Source: Candidatus Kaiserbacteria bacterium RIFCSPHIGHO2_01_FULL_54_36
GTDB taxonomy: Bacteria; Patescibacteriota; Minisyncoccia; Phycocordibacterales; UBA2100
Assembly: GCA_001781105.1 (NCBI GenBank)
Contig: MFKV01000007.1
Coordinates: forward strand, 4,912-68,911
Length of the DNA: 64,000 bases
Reading direction: 5' to 3'
The position numbers and the translations under genes were made by a program. Positions 18,677 to 28,726 of the stretch are shown here, piece by piece. The notes below the pieces were generated by a model. It saw nothing but the letters and a program-made list of their open reading frames with translations. It was not told the DNA's origin and searched no databases. Within the stretch, counting starts at the first letter, position 1; every line of letters starts with the position of its first letter.

Positions 18677-20116
18677 ATGGCTGCGCCAACCAGTAACATC
18701 CCGACCATTTTTGCGGCCTTCGGGGCAACGGGAGATCTCATGCGGCGCAAGGTATTGCCCGCGCTCTACTATTCGTACAAACACGGCGAGCTACCCACAA
18801 TGTTTAAGGTCGTTGGATTTTCGCGGCGCGAGTGGAGCGATGAGGAATTTCGGGCGTACGTGCAGGAGACGCTTGAGGAACATGCAAAAGGCAAAATCGC
18901 GGATACGACACTCGCGCCGTTCCTTTCGATGTTCAAATTCCAGCGTGGGGAATTCGGCGACAAGTCGAGCTACGACGGATTGAAAAAGACGTTCGATACG
19001 CTCGATACTGAGTGGGGCGTGTGTTCCAACAAACTCTTCTACTTATCGGTCGCCCCGGAATTTTACGAACTGATACTCGGCGAATTATCACGCTCTGGCC
19101 TCACTGACCCATGTGAGCCCGACCAGGGGTGGACACACGTTATCGTCGAGAAGCCTTTTGGGATGGATCTCGGCACCGCCAAGCAGATAGACGAATTTCT
19201 CGCAAAGCTTTTCACTGAGGACCAGATCTACCGGATCGATCATTACCTTGCTAAAGAGATGCTCCAAAACATTTTGACGTTCCGCTTCTCGAATAACCTG
19301 TTCGAGCTTTCGTGGGACAACGGGTTGATCGAGAATATCCACATCAGAGTCCTCGAAAAAATAGGGGTCGAGAAGCGGGGGCCCTTCTACGATGGCGTGG
19401 GGGCATTTCGAGACGTTGGGCAAAACCATCTCCTTCAAATGCTTGCGCTCGTTACCATGGATCATCCGGAGAGCTTTGAGGCAGGCGCGATACAAAAAAA
19501 GCGCGCGGAAATTCTAGAGGCGCTCGAGATTATCCCCGAGAAAGAGATGAAGAGTGCCACATTCCGCGGGCAGTATGAGGGATACCGCGCGATAGTAGGT
19601 GTCGTACCGGATTCTGACACGGAGACCTACTTCAAGGTGCGAGCGACTCTCAATTCGCCGAAATGGAAGGGTGTGCCGATAGTCATGGAAAGCGGGAAGC
19701 GGCTCGGAGCGCCTCTGAAGGAGATCGTCGTTACGTTCAGGCACCCCACTCCTTGCCTGTGCCCACCCGGGGCGCACCATAAAAATGAAGTCATATTCCG
19801 CATGGAACCGCGTGAGGAAATACTCATCGAGTTCTGGTCCAAGAGCCTTGGATTTACCTTTGCGACAGAGCGGCGCGAATTCCATTACATGCTGCGCGAG
19901 CAATCAGAGCACGTGCCGTATGTCGAAGAGTACGCAAAGCTCCTCCTCGACTGCGTGCGCGGCGATCAGACACTTTTTATCGGCACCGAAGAGATCCGCG
20001 CAATGTGGCGCTTCACCGATCCTATACTTGCGGCATGGAAGGATGGTGTCGTACCATTGCAGACATATGCACCTGACAGCAAGGAAGTCCTAAAAAACGC
20101 AGACTATGTCAAATAA
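18677..20116 (+). CDS. zwf: glucose-6-phosphate 1-dehydrogenase
   Basis: GATGDLMRRKVLPAL NADP motif and RIDHYLAKE active-site motif. The first in-frame ATG is at 18677; the track starts at GTG 18656 inside a TATAAT box. Confidence 0.9.
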   Translation: MAAPTSNIPTIFAAFGATGDLMRRKVLPALYYSYKHGELPTMFKVVGFSRREWSDEEFRAYVQETLEEHAKGKIADTTLAPFLSMFKFQRGEFGDKSSYDGLKKTFDTLDTEWGVCSNKLFYLSVAPEFYELILGELSRSGLTDPCEPDQGWTHVIVEKPFGMDLGTAKQIDEFLAKLFTEDQIYRIDHYLAKEMLQNILTFRFSNNLFELSWDNGLIENIHIRVLEKIGVEKRGPFYDGVGAFRDVGQNHLLQMLALVTMDHPESFEAGAIQKKRAEILEALEIIPEKEMKSATFRGQYEGYRAIVGVVPDSDTETYFKVRATLNSPKWKGVPIVMESGKRLGAPLKEIVVTFRHPTPCLCPPGAHHKNEVIFRMEPREEILIEFWSKSLGFTFATERREFHYMLREQSEHVPYVEEYAKLLLDCVRGDQTLFIGTEEIRAMWRFTDPILAAWKDGVVPLQTYAPDSKEVLKNADYVK

Positions 20117-20160
20117 CCCCATTAGAAAGCTGCAACGTTAATCTAAATACTATTTTTGCT

Positions 20161-21090
20161 ATGGCTTCTAACGGGGTAAAAAAAGAGATCGGCATCATAG
20201 GGCTAGGTAAAATGGGAGGCAACATAGCGAGGCGCCTCATAGAGAAAGGATGGAAAGTGAGTGGATACGACCCAGCGGAGGAGGTGATGGAGCAGCTCGC
20301 AGGTGAGGGTATGACCGTGGCCGGCTCTCCGCTTGAATTGGTAGATGCACTCTCCACGCCCCGACTCATATGGGTCATGGTCCCGGCGGGCAAGCCAGTG
20401 GATGAAGTACTCTTTGGGCCGACTGGCATTGTGACCAAGCTCGCCGGACGCGACACCATCGTCGACGGCGGAAATTCGTACTACAAAGACTCGATCGCTC
20501 GCTCGGAGAAGCTCGAGAAGCTAAGCATTCGATTTATCGACGTCGGGTGCTCAGGCGGGCCATTCAGCATTCTTAAAAGCGGCGCCTGCCTGATGATCGG
20601 TGGAAGCGAAGAAGCATTTAAAGAGGATGAGGAGCTGTTTCGAGATCTCTCCCTCAAAGACGGCTATACATTTTTCCCCGGCGCTGGTGCAGGCCACTTC
20701 GTCAAAATGATCCACAACGGAATCGAATACGGCATGATGCAGGCGATCGGAGAGGGGTTCGCCATACTGAAAAAGTCGCCATACCTTTTCTCACTTACGA
20801 AGGTCGCCGACATGTATAACCACGGCAGCATCATCGAATCGCGTCTTGTGGGGTGGATGAGGTCGGCGTTTGAGGAGTATGGTGAGGATCTGGATGCGAT
20901 TTCGGGCTCAGTAGGGCACTCAGGCGAAGGCGAGTGGACGGCAAAAACGGCCAAAGAGCTCGACGTGCCGGCAAAGATAATCGAAGAATCATTCAAGTTC
21001 CGTGTGGCGTCCGCCGAGAATCCCAGCTACATCGGCAAGCTTGTCTCGGCACTGCGTGGGCAGTTTGGCGGGCACGCTATTAAAAAGTAG
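20161..21090 (+). CDS. gnd: 6-phosphogluconate dehydrogenase, decarboxylating (short Gnd/YqeC-like form)
   Basis: IGIIGLGKMGGNIARRL Rossmann motif, a 6PGD catalytic core, and adjacency to zwf. Confidence 0.85.
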   Translation: MASNGVKKEIGIIGLGKMGGNIARRLIEKGWKVSGYDPAEEVMEQLAGEGMTVAGSPLELVDALSTPRLIWVMVPAGKPVDEVLFGPTGIVTKLAGRDTIVDGGNSYYKDSIARSEKLEKLSIRFIDVGCSGGPFSILKSGACLMIGGSEEAFKEDEELFRDLSLKDGYTFFPGAGAGHFVKMIHNGIEYGMMQAIGEGFAILKKSPYLFSLTKVADMYNHGSIIESRLVGWMRSAFEEYGEDLDAISGSVGHSGEGEWTAKTAKELDVPAKIIEESFKFRVASAENPSYIGKLVSALRGQFGGHAIKK

Positions 21091-21106
21091 GTTTATAATC
21101 ACTGGT

Positions 21107-21517
21107 ATGACCAATGTGGACTGGAATCGGGTCGCGATGTTCGTCCTCAGGCTCGGTGTGGCGTTTGCATTCCTCTATCCGGCTATCAATGCGTGGACCA
21201 ATCCATCGGATTGGATAGGGTACTTTCCACCGTTTACGCGCGGGATAGTTGATGACGCAACGCTGCTGCACGCCTTCGGCATTGTTGAGATCGTAATCGC
21301 GGTCTGGATCATCTGGGGCAAGTATATTTTCTGGCCATGCGTTGCCGCGACCGTCATGCTCGTGGGGATAGTCGTGTTCAATATGAACAATTTCGTCGTC
21401 ATCTTCCGCGACCTCTCGATAGCTGCAGCATCCCTTGCGCTCACACTTATGAACCTGCCGCGCTCTGCTCCTCCCTCGTCACATTCAAGCTCAAGATTGC
21501 CACAAGATACTTGGTAA
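21107..21517 (+). CDS. DoxX-family membrane protein
   Basis: 4-TM topology. Start taken at MTNVDWN just after the gnd stop. Confidence 0.55.
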   Translation: MTNVDWNRVAMFVLRLGVAFAFLYPAINAWTNPSDWIGYFPPFTRGIVDDATLLHAFGIVEIVIAVWIIWGKYIFWPCVAATVMLVGIVVFNMNNFVVIFRDLSIAAASLALTLMNLPRSAPPSSHSSSRLPQDTW

Positions 21518-21575
21518 AAAGCTGCTGCTACAGCAGCGTGCTCTTGTACTGGCTTTCTTCGGGGAGCCCATCATT

Positions 21576-21944
21576 TTATTTACTTTTTGAATATTCGAGC
21601 CAATCGCCGGAATCGATTCGTATCGCATCATCAGGCGGAGAGTCTTCACGGTAGAGATATGCCCACGCGACTTTCTTTTCACCCGATTCCGTAGTTACGT
21701 CGATTTGTGCGCGTTTGTATTCGCGGCCCTCGAACGGGTCAAGGATATTAAACGCTTCGGCTTCGTCCACAAGCTCGACAAGTTCGCCGACGATCCTTGT
21801 GCCGCCGGCTTTGAGGAGGAGGGGATATTTGCCCGATAGATATAGTGAGCCTAGGGTCGCTGCGGACTGGGAGGATGAGAGAAGTCCTTTTACTTTGCTC
21901 CTATTTTTCGCGCCCTCGCGTAGCGTCCCGTAGATAAAAAGCAT
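21576..21944 (-). CDS. gamma-glutamyl cyclotransferase-like (AIG2/GGACT family) protein
   Basis: N-terminal YGTLREG motif and conserved catalytic Glu. Confidence 0.7.
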   Translation of the reverse strand: MLFIYGTLREGAKNRSKVKGLLSSSQSAATLGSLYLSGKYPLLLKAGGTRIVGELVELVDEAEAFNILDPFEGREYKRAQIDVTTESGEKKVAWAYLYREDSPPDDAIRIDSGDWLEYSKSK

Positions 21945-22199
21945 AGAGAGGAATAGTAGCAGATGTTGCGAAAAATGAAGGCTATGGTATTCTCAACACA
22001 CATGCTTTCAACGACACATAACGCCCGACGAACAGCTTCTTTTGAGGCTGTTTAGAGCATTTGTAACACTACGAATTTTCCAAACGGCCTCGAAAGGGGT
22101 CGTTTTCGTTAGATGCGTACGAATCAACCGGAACGCATCTGGCGATGCGTTCTTTCACACGACGTTCTCTCGTCGCTACTCAAGTCGAAAGGAAGGGTT

Positions 22200-22520
22200 A
22201 TGGCAGAGAAAAATCGCTGCTCTCGCTGTGGAAGTCCTCTCAAAAGTCTGGATGGTAACGTGATGCACGTTCATCGGGAGGATGAATGTTACGAAATCAC
22301 AGAGCACTACGAGACGAAGGTGCCAAATTCGTTTCGTGACTTGCCATCGTGGCAGGTTCATCAACAGACATGTTCCCTCTGCAGAGCCCCGTTCGTTATT
22401 ACTGACGGACGTGTCCAGGTATGGCTCGGAAAGGATTTTCGTCATTACTACTGCTCACCGGAGCATGCCGCCTTTGGCGTGGAAGGATTACGAAAACTGA
22501 CGAAAGATGGCCTGCGGTAG
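22200..22520 (+). CDS. Cys-rich zinc-finger protein, function unknown
   Basis: CSRCGS...C..H...CSLC motifs. Strong RBS GGAAGGG before the ATG. Confidence 0.45.
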   Translation: MAEKNRCSRCGSPLKSLDGNVMHVHREDECYEITEHYETKVPNSFRDLPSWQVHQQTCSLCRAPFVITDGRVQVWLGKDFRHYYCSPEHAAFGVEGLRKLTKDGLR

Positions 22521-22625
22521 TGAGCGACAACACGGACGCACGCGGTTAACCGCGTGCGTCCACTCTTTATCCACCTATTCCGGACGTTTACGGCGAGGTT
22601 TTTTGTGGTACAATCCCCTTTTCTC

Positions 22626-24095
22626 ATGCAGAACCTCGGAGAAAAATGCGCTGTGTTCGGGGTCTATGGTACAGGCCTCGACGTCGCGCGGCTCTCCTTC
22701 TTCGGGCTCTTCGCGCTCCAGCACCGCGGGCAAGAATCTGCCGGCATCGCCGCAGCCAACGGCGAGACTATTCGGGTGCACAAAGGCATGGGCCTTGTAT
22801 CCCAAGTTTTCACCGATGAGCTCGTCGGGAGCCTCAAGGGCCACATAGCAGTAGGGCACAATCGGTATTCGACGACCGGCGGCTCCAAGGTCAAACATGC
22901 CCAGCCAATGCTTGCGGCCGGCTCCACCTCACTCCAAAAGAAAGACTATGGCGACACTAGCCCCAGCTTGCTAGATTCTGTCTCACTTTCATCGGCTCCA
23001 GATGACGGAGCTATTGCGATCGTGCACAACGGTAATTTGCCGACCACCGAGGCGCTCGACGCTTTCTTGAAGGAAAAGGGAATAGACACCGCCGAATTCT
23101 CAGACTCGCGCATGATGGTTGAAGCGATCGCGGTAGCTATGCGGGAGGGGAGCGAACTTGAGGATGCTATCAAGAAAACCTACTCGCTTTTCACCGGCGC
23201 TTTTTCCGTACTCATTATGTCAAAGGACAAGCTGATCGCCATCCGCGACGAGTGCGGCATACGCCCGCTCTCGCTGGGGGAGATCAATGGCGGATATGTC
23301 ATTGCTTCAGAGACGTGTGCTTTTGCGCCCATCGGTGCCACATTCCTTCGCGATATCGAGGCCGGAGCAATGTTGGTGATAGACGAAAAAGGTGTACGCA
23401 GCGAACAGCTAATACCGGCAAATCCCAAAATGGATATTTTCGAATTCGTGTACTTCGCGCGCCCCGATAGTCAGCTCCTTGGCAAATCGGTCTACGAGGT
23501 ACGGCACAACTTTGGCGTGGAATTGGCCAAAGAGTATCCGCTTGAAGCCGATGTCGTGATCCCCGTGCCTGAAACAGCGATTGCCTCCGCGATAGGCTAC
23601 GCGCGTGAACTTGGTATACCCTTTGAAATGGGCATCGCGAAGAATCGTTACATCCATCGCACCTTCATTACCCCCGAACAGCACGTGCGCGAACAGGGCG
23701 TGAAAGCGAAGCTCTCGCCGATAGTAGAAGCTATCAACGGGAAACGGGTGGTTATTATCGATGACTCAATTGTACGGGGGACAAGTTCGCGCCAGATAGT
23801 AAAAATGCTCTTCGACGCCGGAGCAAAAGAAGTTCACTTCCTCGTCGCTTCGCCGCCAGTCAAGTATCCGGATTTTTATGGCATCGATACCCCGAAGCAG
23901 ACCGACCTTATCGCGGCGACGAAGTCGGTCGAGGAGATAGAGAAGTATCTGGGCGCCACATCACTACGCTACCTCTCATACGAGGGCATGATCCGAGCCA
24001 CGGGCATCTCAGAAGATCTACTTTGCACGTCGTGTTTTACAGGCATATACCCCATAGACATAGGCGATCGGGCCAAGGAGGTGCGGTTGACATAG
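22626..24095 (+). CDS. purF: amidophosphoribosyltransferase
   Basis: N-terminal Ntn nucleophile (M)CAVFGVYG, PRTase motif VVIIDDSIVRGTS, and a lineage-specific insertion of about 45 aa. Confidence 0.9.
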   Translation: MQNLGEKCAVFGVYGTGLDVARLSFFGLFALQHRGQESAGIAAANGETIRVHKGMGLVSQVFTDELVGSLKGHIAVGHNRYSTTGGSKVKHAQPMLAAGSTSLQKKDYGDTSPSLLDSVSLSSAPDDGAIAIVHNGNLPTTEALDAFLKEKGIDTAEFSDSRMMVEAIAVAMREGSELEDAIKKTYSLFTGAFSVLIMSKDKLIAIRDECGIRPLSLGEINGGYVIASETCAFAPIGATFLRDIEAGAMLVIDEKGVRSEQLIPANPKMDIFEFVYFARPDSQLLGKSVYEVRHNFGVELAKEYPLEADVVIPVPETAIASAIGYARELGIPFEMGIAKNRYIHRTFITPEQHVREQGVKAKLSPIVEAINGKRVVIIDDSIVRGTSSRQIVKMLFDAGAKEVHFLVASPPVKYPDFYGIDTPKQTDLIAATKSVEEIEKYLGATSLRYLSYEGMIRATGISEDLLCTSCFTGIYPIDIGDRAKEVRLT

Positions 24096-24215
24096 GGCAA
24101 TATTGCCAGTAAGAGACGCCTATCTAGGCCGTCTTCATGATGTAGGGTCTTACTCTCGAGCATCGAGAATATGGCTCCAGATCAAGCTATTACAAGCCAA
24201 ATCAAGTATTAGATT

Positions 24216-25070
24216 ATGGAAATCATTCGTAAGACAACTGCGGCTATGGCCGCTCTCGTTCTTTCCTTTGGCATCGCGCTTCCAGTCTCCGCACTCGATG
24301 CCTACGGCAACGTGGACTCAGCGACGGAGGGTAGCGTGAACGTCGGTACTGGTAATACTAATGCAGATGTCGGTGTCGACGTTACCGTCGGCTCACAGAC
24401 TTCTGGTTCTGGCACATCCGGCAGTGGCTCGGTAGAAGGTTCCACGAATGTGGACACATCCGTGCAGACATCTGGCAATATCAACGTTGCTGGCGACACG
24501 GTCGTCATTACCCGCGCCGACATCAAAGCGGATACCGTAACCACTTCTTCGGTTGCTCCGGCATCGGTGAAGACCAACGCTGACCTCTCAGGCTATGTCG
24601 CAGCGCAGATGAAAGCTGATGAGAATATCTCAGCTGTAGAATCTGCGTCCGACTCTGTCGCAGTAACGTACAAGCAGAAGGCGAAGCTTTTCGGATTTAT
24701 TCCGGTCAAAGTGAATGCCACCGCGACTGTGGATGCTGCAGGCAACGTAACCGTGCGCTACCCGTGGTACGCCTTCCTCATGGCGACCAACAAGGCTGAT
24801 CTCGAAGCTCGACTTCAGGATCGCGTAGACGCAGTCTTTGCAGCGAACGTTGCAATGAATACCGACGCTTCGGCGAGCGCCAATGCAGCAGCTGACGTCG
24901 CAGCCGATGTGAACGCCACGGCAGAGGCTTCAGGCGAGCTCACCGCCGCTCAGCAAGCTCTCATCGTCCAGGAGATCCGAGGGGCAATGCAGGCTGAGCT
25001 AGAGGCTGCGGTAGATGCTTCCGCGGACGCTCGGGTGAACAAAATCGACGGCATGACGGTCAAGCAATAA
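24216..25070 (+). CDS. secreted low-complexity (Ala/Thr/Ser/Val-rich) protein
   Basis: Signal peptide followed by compositionally biased repeats. Confidence 0.5.
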   Translation: MEIIRKTTAAMAALVLSFGIALPVSALDAYGNVDSATEGSVNVGTGNTNADVGVDVTVGSQTSGSGTSGSGSVEGSTNVDTSVQTSGNINVAGDTVVITRADIKADTVTTSSVAPASVKTNADLSGYVAAQMKADENISAVESASDSVAVTYKQKAKLFGFIPVKVNATATVDAAGNVTVRYPWYAFLMATNKADLEARLQDRVDAVFAANVAMNTDASASANAAADVAADVNATAEASGELTAAQQALIVQEIRGAMQAELEAAVDASADARVNKIDGMTVKQ

Positions 25071-25111
25071 TTCTCAAGCCCACGAAAATCGTGCAGTAGG
25101 TTGCATGACGC

Positions 25112-25136
25112 AAAAAGCCCTATCATAGGGCTTTTT
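25112..25136 (+). terminator. intrinsic terminator AAAAAGCCCTAT-c-ATAGGGCTTTTT
   Basis: Perfect stem flanked by A- and T-runs. Confidence 0.7.
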
Positions 25137-25169
25137 GCGTGTTCGTGTGGGACGTAGTAGGCTAGTGCG

Positions 25170-26420
25170 ATGTCATTCAAACAACCGCATCACCCATCCA
25201 GCGAAATATTAAAAAAGTATGCCGACGTACTCGTGAATTTCGCGCTCGGCGGAGGCAAGGGGATCAAGAAAGGGGAAGTCGTGCGGGTCATGTCGAGCGA
25301 GAGCGGAAAGCGTCTCTTTACTTCCGTGTGCAATGCCATCGTCATGAGCGGGGGCCATGTGATTTCCAATTATTCGCCGGATGACGAGCAGGGCGATAAG
25401 CGTCGCGCCGAGAGCTTCACGCGCTTCTTCTACGAACACGCGCAGCCGCACCAGATCACCTTTTTCCCAAAGAAATACTTGAAGGGCATGGCCGAACAGA
25501 TCGACCACTCAGTCTACATCCTTGCTGATGCCGATCCGCGCGCGCTGCAGGGTGTCGACCCCAAGAAGATCATGCAGCGTGGCAAAACACTGAAGCCTTT
25601 CAAAGATTGGCTCAATAGGAAAGAGTGGGCCGGAAAATTCACGTGGACGATCGCAATGTACGGCACGCCGGCAATGGCGCGCGAGGCAGGGCTCAGCGAG
25701 AGGGAATACTGGCAGCAGATCATCAAGGCGTGCTTCCTCGACCAGAAGAATCCGATCGCCAAATGGAAGCAGGTATACCGAGAGATCGAGAAATATCGCT
25801 CGCGCCTCAATAAGCTCTCGCCCAAGATCGACAAGCTGCACGCGGTCGGGCGCGACATGGACATCTGGTACACGCTTGGAGAGAAACGTGCCTGGCACGC
25901 AGGATCGGGCCGCAACATCCCGAGCTTCGAGATCTTCACTTCACCTGATTGGCGAGGGACCAATGGCTGGATACGGGTCAATCAGCCCCTCTACCGGTAT
26001 GGCAACAAAGTCACGGGCATCGAATTGTGGTTCAAAGACGGGCTCGTGGTGAAGTCGAAGGCGAAGACGAATGAAAAGCTCTTGAAAGAAATGATCGCGA
26101 CACCCGGCGCCAACAAGATCGGTGAATATTCACTTACCGACAAACGGCACTCACGCATCACGAAATTCATGGCAGAGACGCTTTTCGACGAGAATATGGG
26201 CGGACCCTACGGCAACTCCCACATCGCGCTCGGCATGAGCTATCGCGACACCTACGCAGGCGACGTATCCAAGCTTACCGACAAAGAAGCAAAGCGACTT
26301 GGATTCAATGATTCGTCGGTGCATACCGACGTCGTTTCCACCACCAATCGCACCGTTACTGCGCACCTCAAGAACGGGAGCAAGAAGGTGATCTACAAGA
26401 ACGGAATGTTCGTCCTCTAG
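25170..26420 (+). CDS. aminopeptidase, M29 (AmpS/PepS) family
   Basis: Overall length and conserved HE...E metal-ligand context of the thermophilic metalloprotease family. Confidence 0.75.
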   Translation: MSFKQPHHPSSEILKKYADVLVNFALGGGKGIKKGEVVRVMSSESGKRLFTSVCNAIVMSGGHVISNYSPDDEQGDKRRAESFTRFFYEHAQPHQITFFPKKYLKGMAEQIDHSVYILADADPRALQGVDPKKIMQRGKTLKPFKDWLNRKEWAGKFTWTIAMYGTPAMAREAGLSEREYWQQIIKACFLDQKNPIAKWKQVYREIEKYRSRLNKLSPKIDKLHAVGRDMDIWYTLGEKRAWHAGSGRNIPSFEIFTSPDWRGTNGWIRVNQPLYRYGNKVTGIELWFKDGLVVKSKAKTNEKLLKEMIATPGANKIGEYSLTDKRHSRITKFMAETLFDENMGGPYGNSHIALGMSYRDTYAGDVSKLTDKEAKRLGFNDSSVHTDVVSTTNRTVTAHLKNGSKKVIYKNGMFVL

Positions 26421-26421
26421 C

Positions 26422-26772
26422 ATGGATAAGGTCTTCGTCGAGCAACTCAAGCTGCAGGGTAAGCATGGCATTCATGCGCACGAACGTGCGAGTGAGCAAG
26501 AATTCCTGATCGATATCGAGGTGGAGTTCGATACACGGGTCGCAGCAAAATCCGACGACATAGCAGACACGGTCGATTACAGAAAATTCTGCGAGATCGC
26601 GCGCGATGCGGTCGAGGGCAACTCCTTCTACCTGATTGAGAAGCTCGGCGACACGATCGCGCTGAAGATCCTCGAGGATACGCGCATCGCGCGCGTCGAG
26701 GTCGTGATCCGCAAGCCCGCGGCGCTCGAGAGCGGCGTAGCGGGGGTCAAAATTATCCGCACGCAAGAGTAA
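26422..26772 (+). CDS. folB: dihydroneopterin aldolase
   Basis: Conserved IFVEQL..G..G tunnel-fold motif and E..Q/K catalytic residues. 116 aa. Confidence 0.8.
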   Translation: MDKVFVEQLKLQGKHGIHAHERASEQEFLIDIEVEFDTRVAAKSDDIADTVDYRKFCEIARDAVEGNSFYLIEKLGDTIALKILEDTRIARVEVVIRKPAALESGVAGVKIIRTQE

Positions 26773-26776
26773 GCCA

Positions 26777-26817
26777 CCCCGACGTAAAAAGTCGGGGCCC
26801 CGACCAAAGCGTCGGGG
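26777..26817 (+). promoter_or_regulatory. two abutting hairpins with identical arms (CCCCGAC-gtaaaaa-GTCGGGG then CCCCGAC-caaagc-GTCGGGG) between folB and pyrB
   Basis: Seen directly. The arms are interchangeable, so alternative pairings are possible. No U-tract follows. Confidence 0.45.
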
Positions 26818-26854
26818 TTGCGCATCCGGGGAAATACCCTACACTTACTCTTTA

Positions 26855-27766
26855 ATGCGGCATCTTACAAAGACTCAGCAGTTTACCCGAGCCTCCCTCC
26901 AACAGCTTTTCGAGCTTGCCGACCGTCTAGAAAAGGAACCAGATGATTCACTGAAAGGAAAGATCTTGGCATCGCTCTTCTATGAACCGTCCACGAGGAC
27001 GCGTTTTTCTTTTGAGAGCGCCATGATGCGCCTAGGCGGCAATGTGCTTTCGATGGAGAGCGCGAGCCAATCATCATCTGCGAACAAGGGAGAAACTATT
27101 GAAGATACGATACGGGTAGTGAATCACTATGCGGATATCATTGTTCTTCGCCATCCAGAATCGGGCGCTTCAGAACGTGCAGCGAAAGTCTCCAACATAC
27201 CGGTGATAAATGCAGGAGATGGAGCGGGTCAGCATCCCACCCAAGCGCTTCTCGATCTCTATACGATTTACCGAGAGTTGCCCAAGGTAGATGGTATACA
27301 TATGGCCATCATAGGTGATTTGCGATACGGCCGCGCCGCTCGCTCGATCGCGTATCTTCTCGGAAAATACAAAGACATCCACTTTACACTCGTCTCCTCG
27401 CCGGAATTGCGAATGAGCGACGACGTCAAAGACTATTTAAAGCGCCACAACATTACGTTCGAGGAAACCGAGTCACTAGAAAAGGCTATGAAATCAGTTG
27501 ATGTCGTGTATCAAACACGCGTCCAAAAAGAGCGATTTCCCAGCGAAGCAGAATATCTCCGATTCAAAGGTCAATACATTATCGATCGTCGACTTGCTGA
27601 CGGCATGAAAGAAGGCGCTATCATCATTCATCCACTACCCCGAGTAGGCGAGATAGAATCAGAAGTTGATGATTCACCTCACGCTGTCTACTTCAAGCAG
27701 GCATTCTACGGCTTTCTCGTCCGCAAGGCGCTTTTGAAGACAATGCTCAGCGGGAAGAAGTCTTGA
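26855..27766 (+). CDS. pyrB: aspartate carbamoyltransferase catalytic subunit
   Basis: STRTR carbamoyl-phosphate motif, HPLP and HCLP-type motifs. Confidence 0.9.
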   Translation: MRHLTKTQQFTRASLQQLFELADRLEKEPDDSLKGKILASLFYEPSTRTRFSFESAMMRLGGNVLSMESASQSSSANKGETIEDTIRVVNHYADIIVLRHPESGASERAAKVSNIPVINAGDGAGQHPTQALLDLYTIYRELPKVDGIHMAIIGDLRYGRAARSIAYLLGKYKDIHFTLVSSPELRMSDDVKDYLKRHNITFEETESLEKAMKSVDVVYQTRVQKERFPSEAEYLRFKGQYIIDRRLADGMKEGAIIIHPLPRVGEIESEVDDSPHAVYFKQAFYGFLVRKALLKTMLSGKKS

Positions 27767-27767
27767 C

Positions 27768-28304
27768 TCAACGTCTCTCGATTTTTTGTACGACCATAAC
27801 TCCGACCCATGCGCAGAAAGCGCCGAGCGCTAGCCCTGCAATGACGTCACTCGGGTAATGGACTCCCAGATATACGCGACTAAATCCAATTCCTGCGATC
27901 ATGAGAGTGAGGCCTGCCATGGCCAGTGTGCGCCACATCCCTGGAGGTACCGTTCGGTACACGAGATACATGCAAAACCCATAGAAGGCGACCGAGAGCG
28001 CCGCATGCGCACTTGGAAAGGAATACCCGGCCTCCGTATATGCGCGATAGAGATGTTCAGGTCTCGCGCGCTGCACCAATTCTTTGATCATGAGCACCAG
28101 GCTGCCTGTGAGTACGACACTGATGAAAAGTCCGGTCAGGTATGCGTACTTCCGCTGGAGAAAGAAAACAAGACAAAGGCAAAGCGCGAGACCGCCGATA
28201 AGGAGCGCCTCGCCGAGTTCCGTAATGCCGATAAAGATGTCGATGCTCAATGCATTGCGCATTGCTTCAAGCGCCTCGAGGATGCTGATGTCGAGCGCGG
28301 TCAT
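27768..28304 (-). CDS. PAP2-family phosphatase (undecaprenyl-diphosphatase/PgpB-like)
   Basis: KxxxxxxRP, PSAHA and SRVYLGVHYPSD motifs. Confidence 0.8.
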   Translation of the reverse strand: MTALDISILEALEAMRNALSIDIFIGITELGEALLIGGLALCLCLVFFLQRKYAYLTGLFISVVLTGSLVLMIKELVQRARPEHLYRAYTEAGYSFPSAHAALSVAFYGFCMYLVYRTVPPGMWRTLAMAGLTLMIAGIGFSRVYLGVHYPSDVIAGLALGAFCAWVGVMVVQKIERR

Positions 28305-28660
28305 GAGAGCGCTGCAAGATAGGGAATAAATATGATGGCGCCGACGATGAGCGCTACGAATGAGGCGATAAGTACTGCCGCGGCAGCGAGGTCCTTGATC
28401 TTCCCGATGTGCGGATCGGGATCGGCCTTGTACTTATCGCACAGCTCTTCGAGCGCCGTATTAAATACCTCTGCAGAGAGAACAAAACTAATTGTCAAAA
28501 ACAGGAAGAGCCACTCTGTCGTTGTGATACCAAAGTATGCCCCAAACAAAAGGGCAAGCAGCATCGCCACGACCTGTACCCGAAAGCTGAACTCTTCTTG
28601 CCATGCAAGATACAGCCCAGAGAGCGCATAGCGAACGTTGTTGATTTTCTTGTGCAGCAT
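28301..28660 (-). CDS. dgkA: diacylglycerol kinase (DgkA) family protein
   Basis: Three-TM DgkA topology with EVFNTALEEL-like motif. Start taken at MLHKKINN. Confidence 0.65.
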   Translation of the reverse strand: MLHKKINNVRYALSGLYLAWQEEFSFRVQVVAMLLALLFGAYFGITTTEWLFLFLTISFVLSAEVFNTALEELCDKYKADPDPHIGKIKDLAAAAVLIASFVALIVGAIIFIPYLAALS

Positions 28661-28726
28661 GGTATGTACAATAAGTATAGTATGAAATTTCGTAAAGGAC
28701 ATATACTTTGCGTGCCTCGCTGAATT

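Noticed and set aside
22554-22625. N-terminal extension of the purF track ORF (MRPLFIHLFRTFTARFFVVQSPFL)
   Set aside because: PurF requires an N-terminal Cys after Met processing. The internal MQNLGEKCAVFGVYG start at 22626 fits the conserved Ntn nucleophile position, so the extension is rejected.
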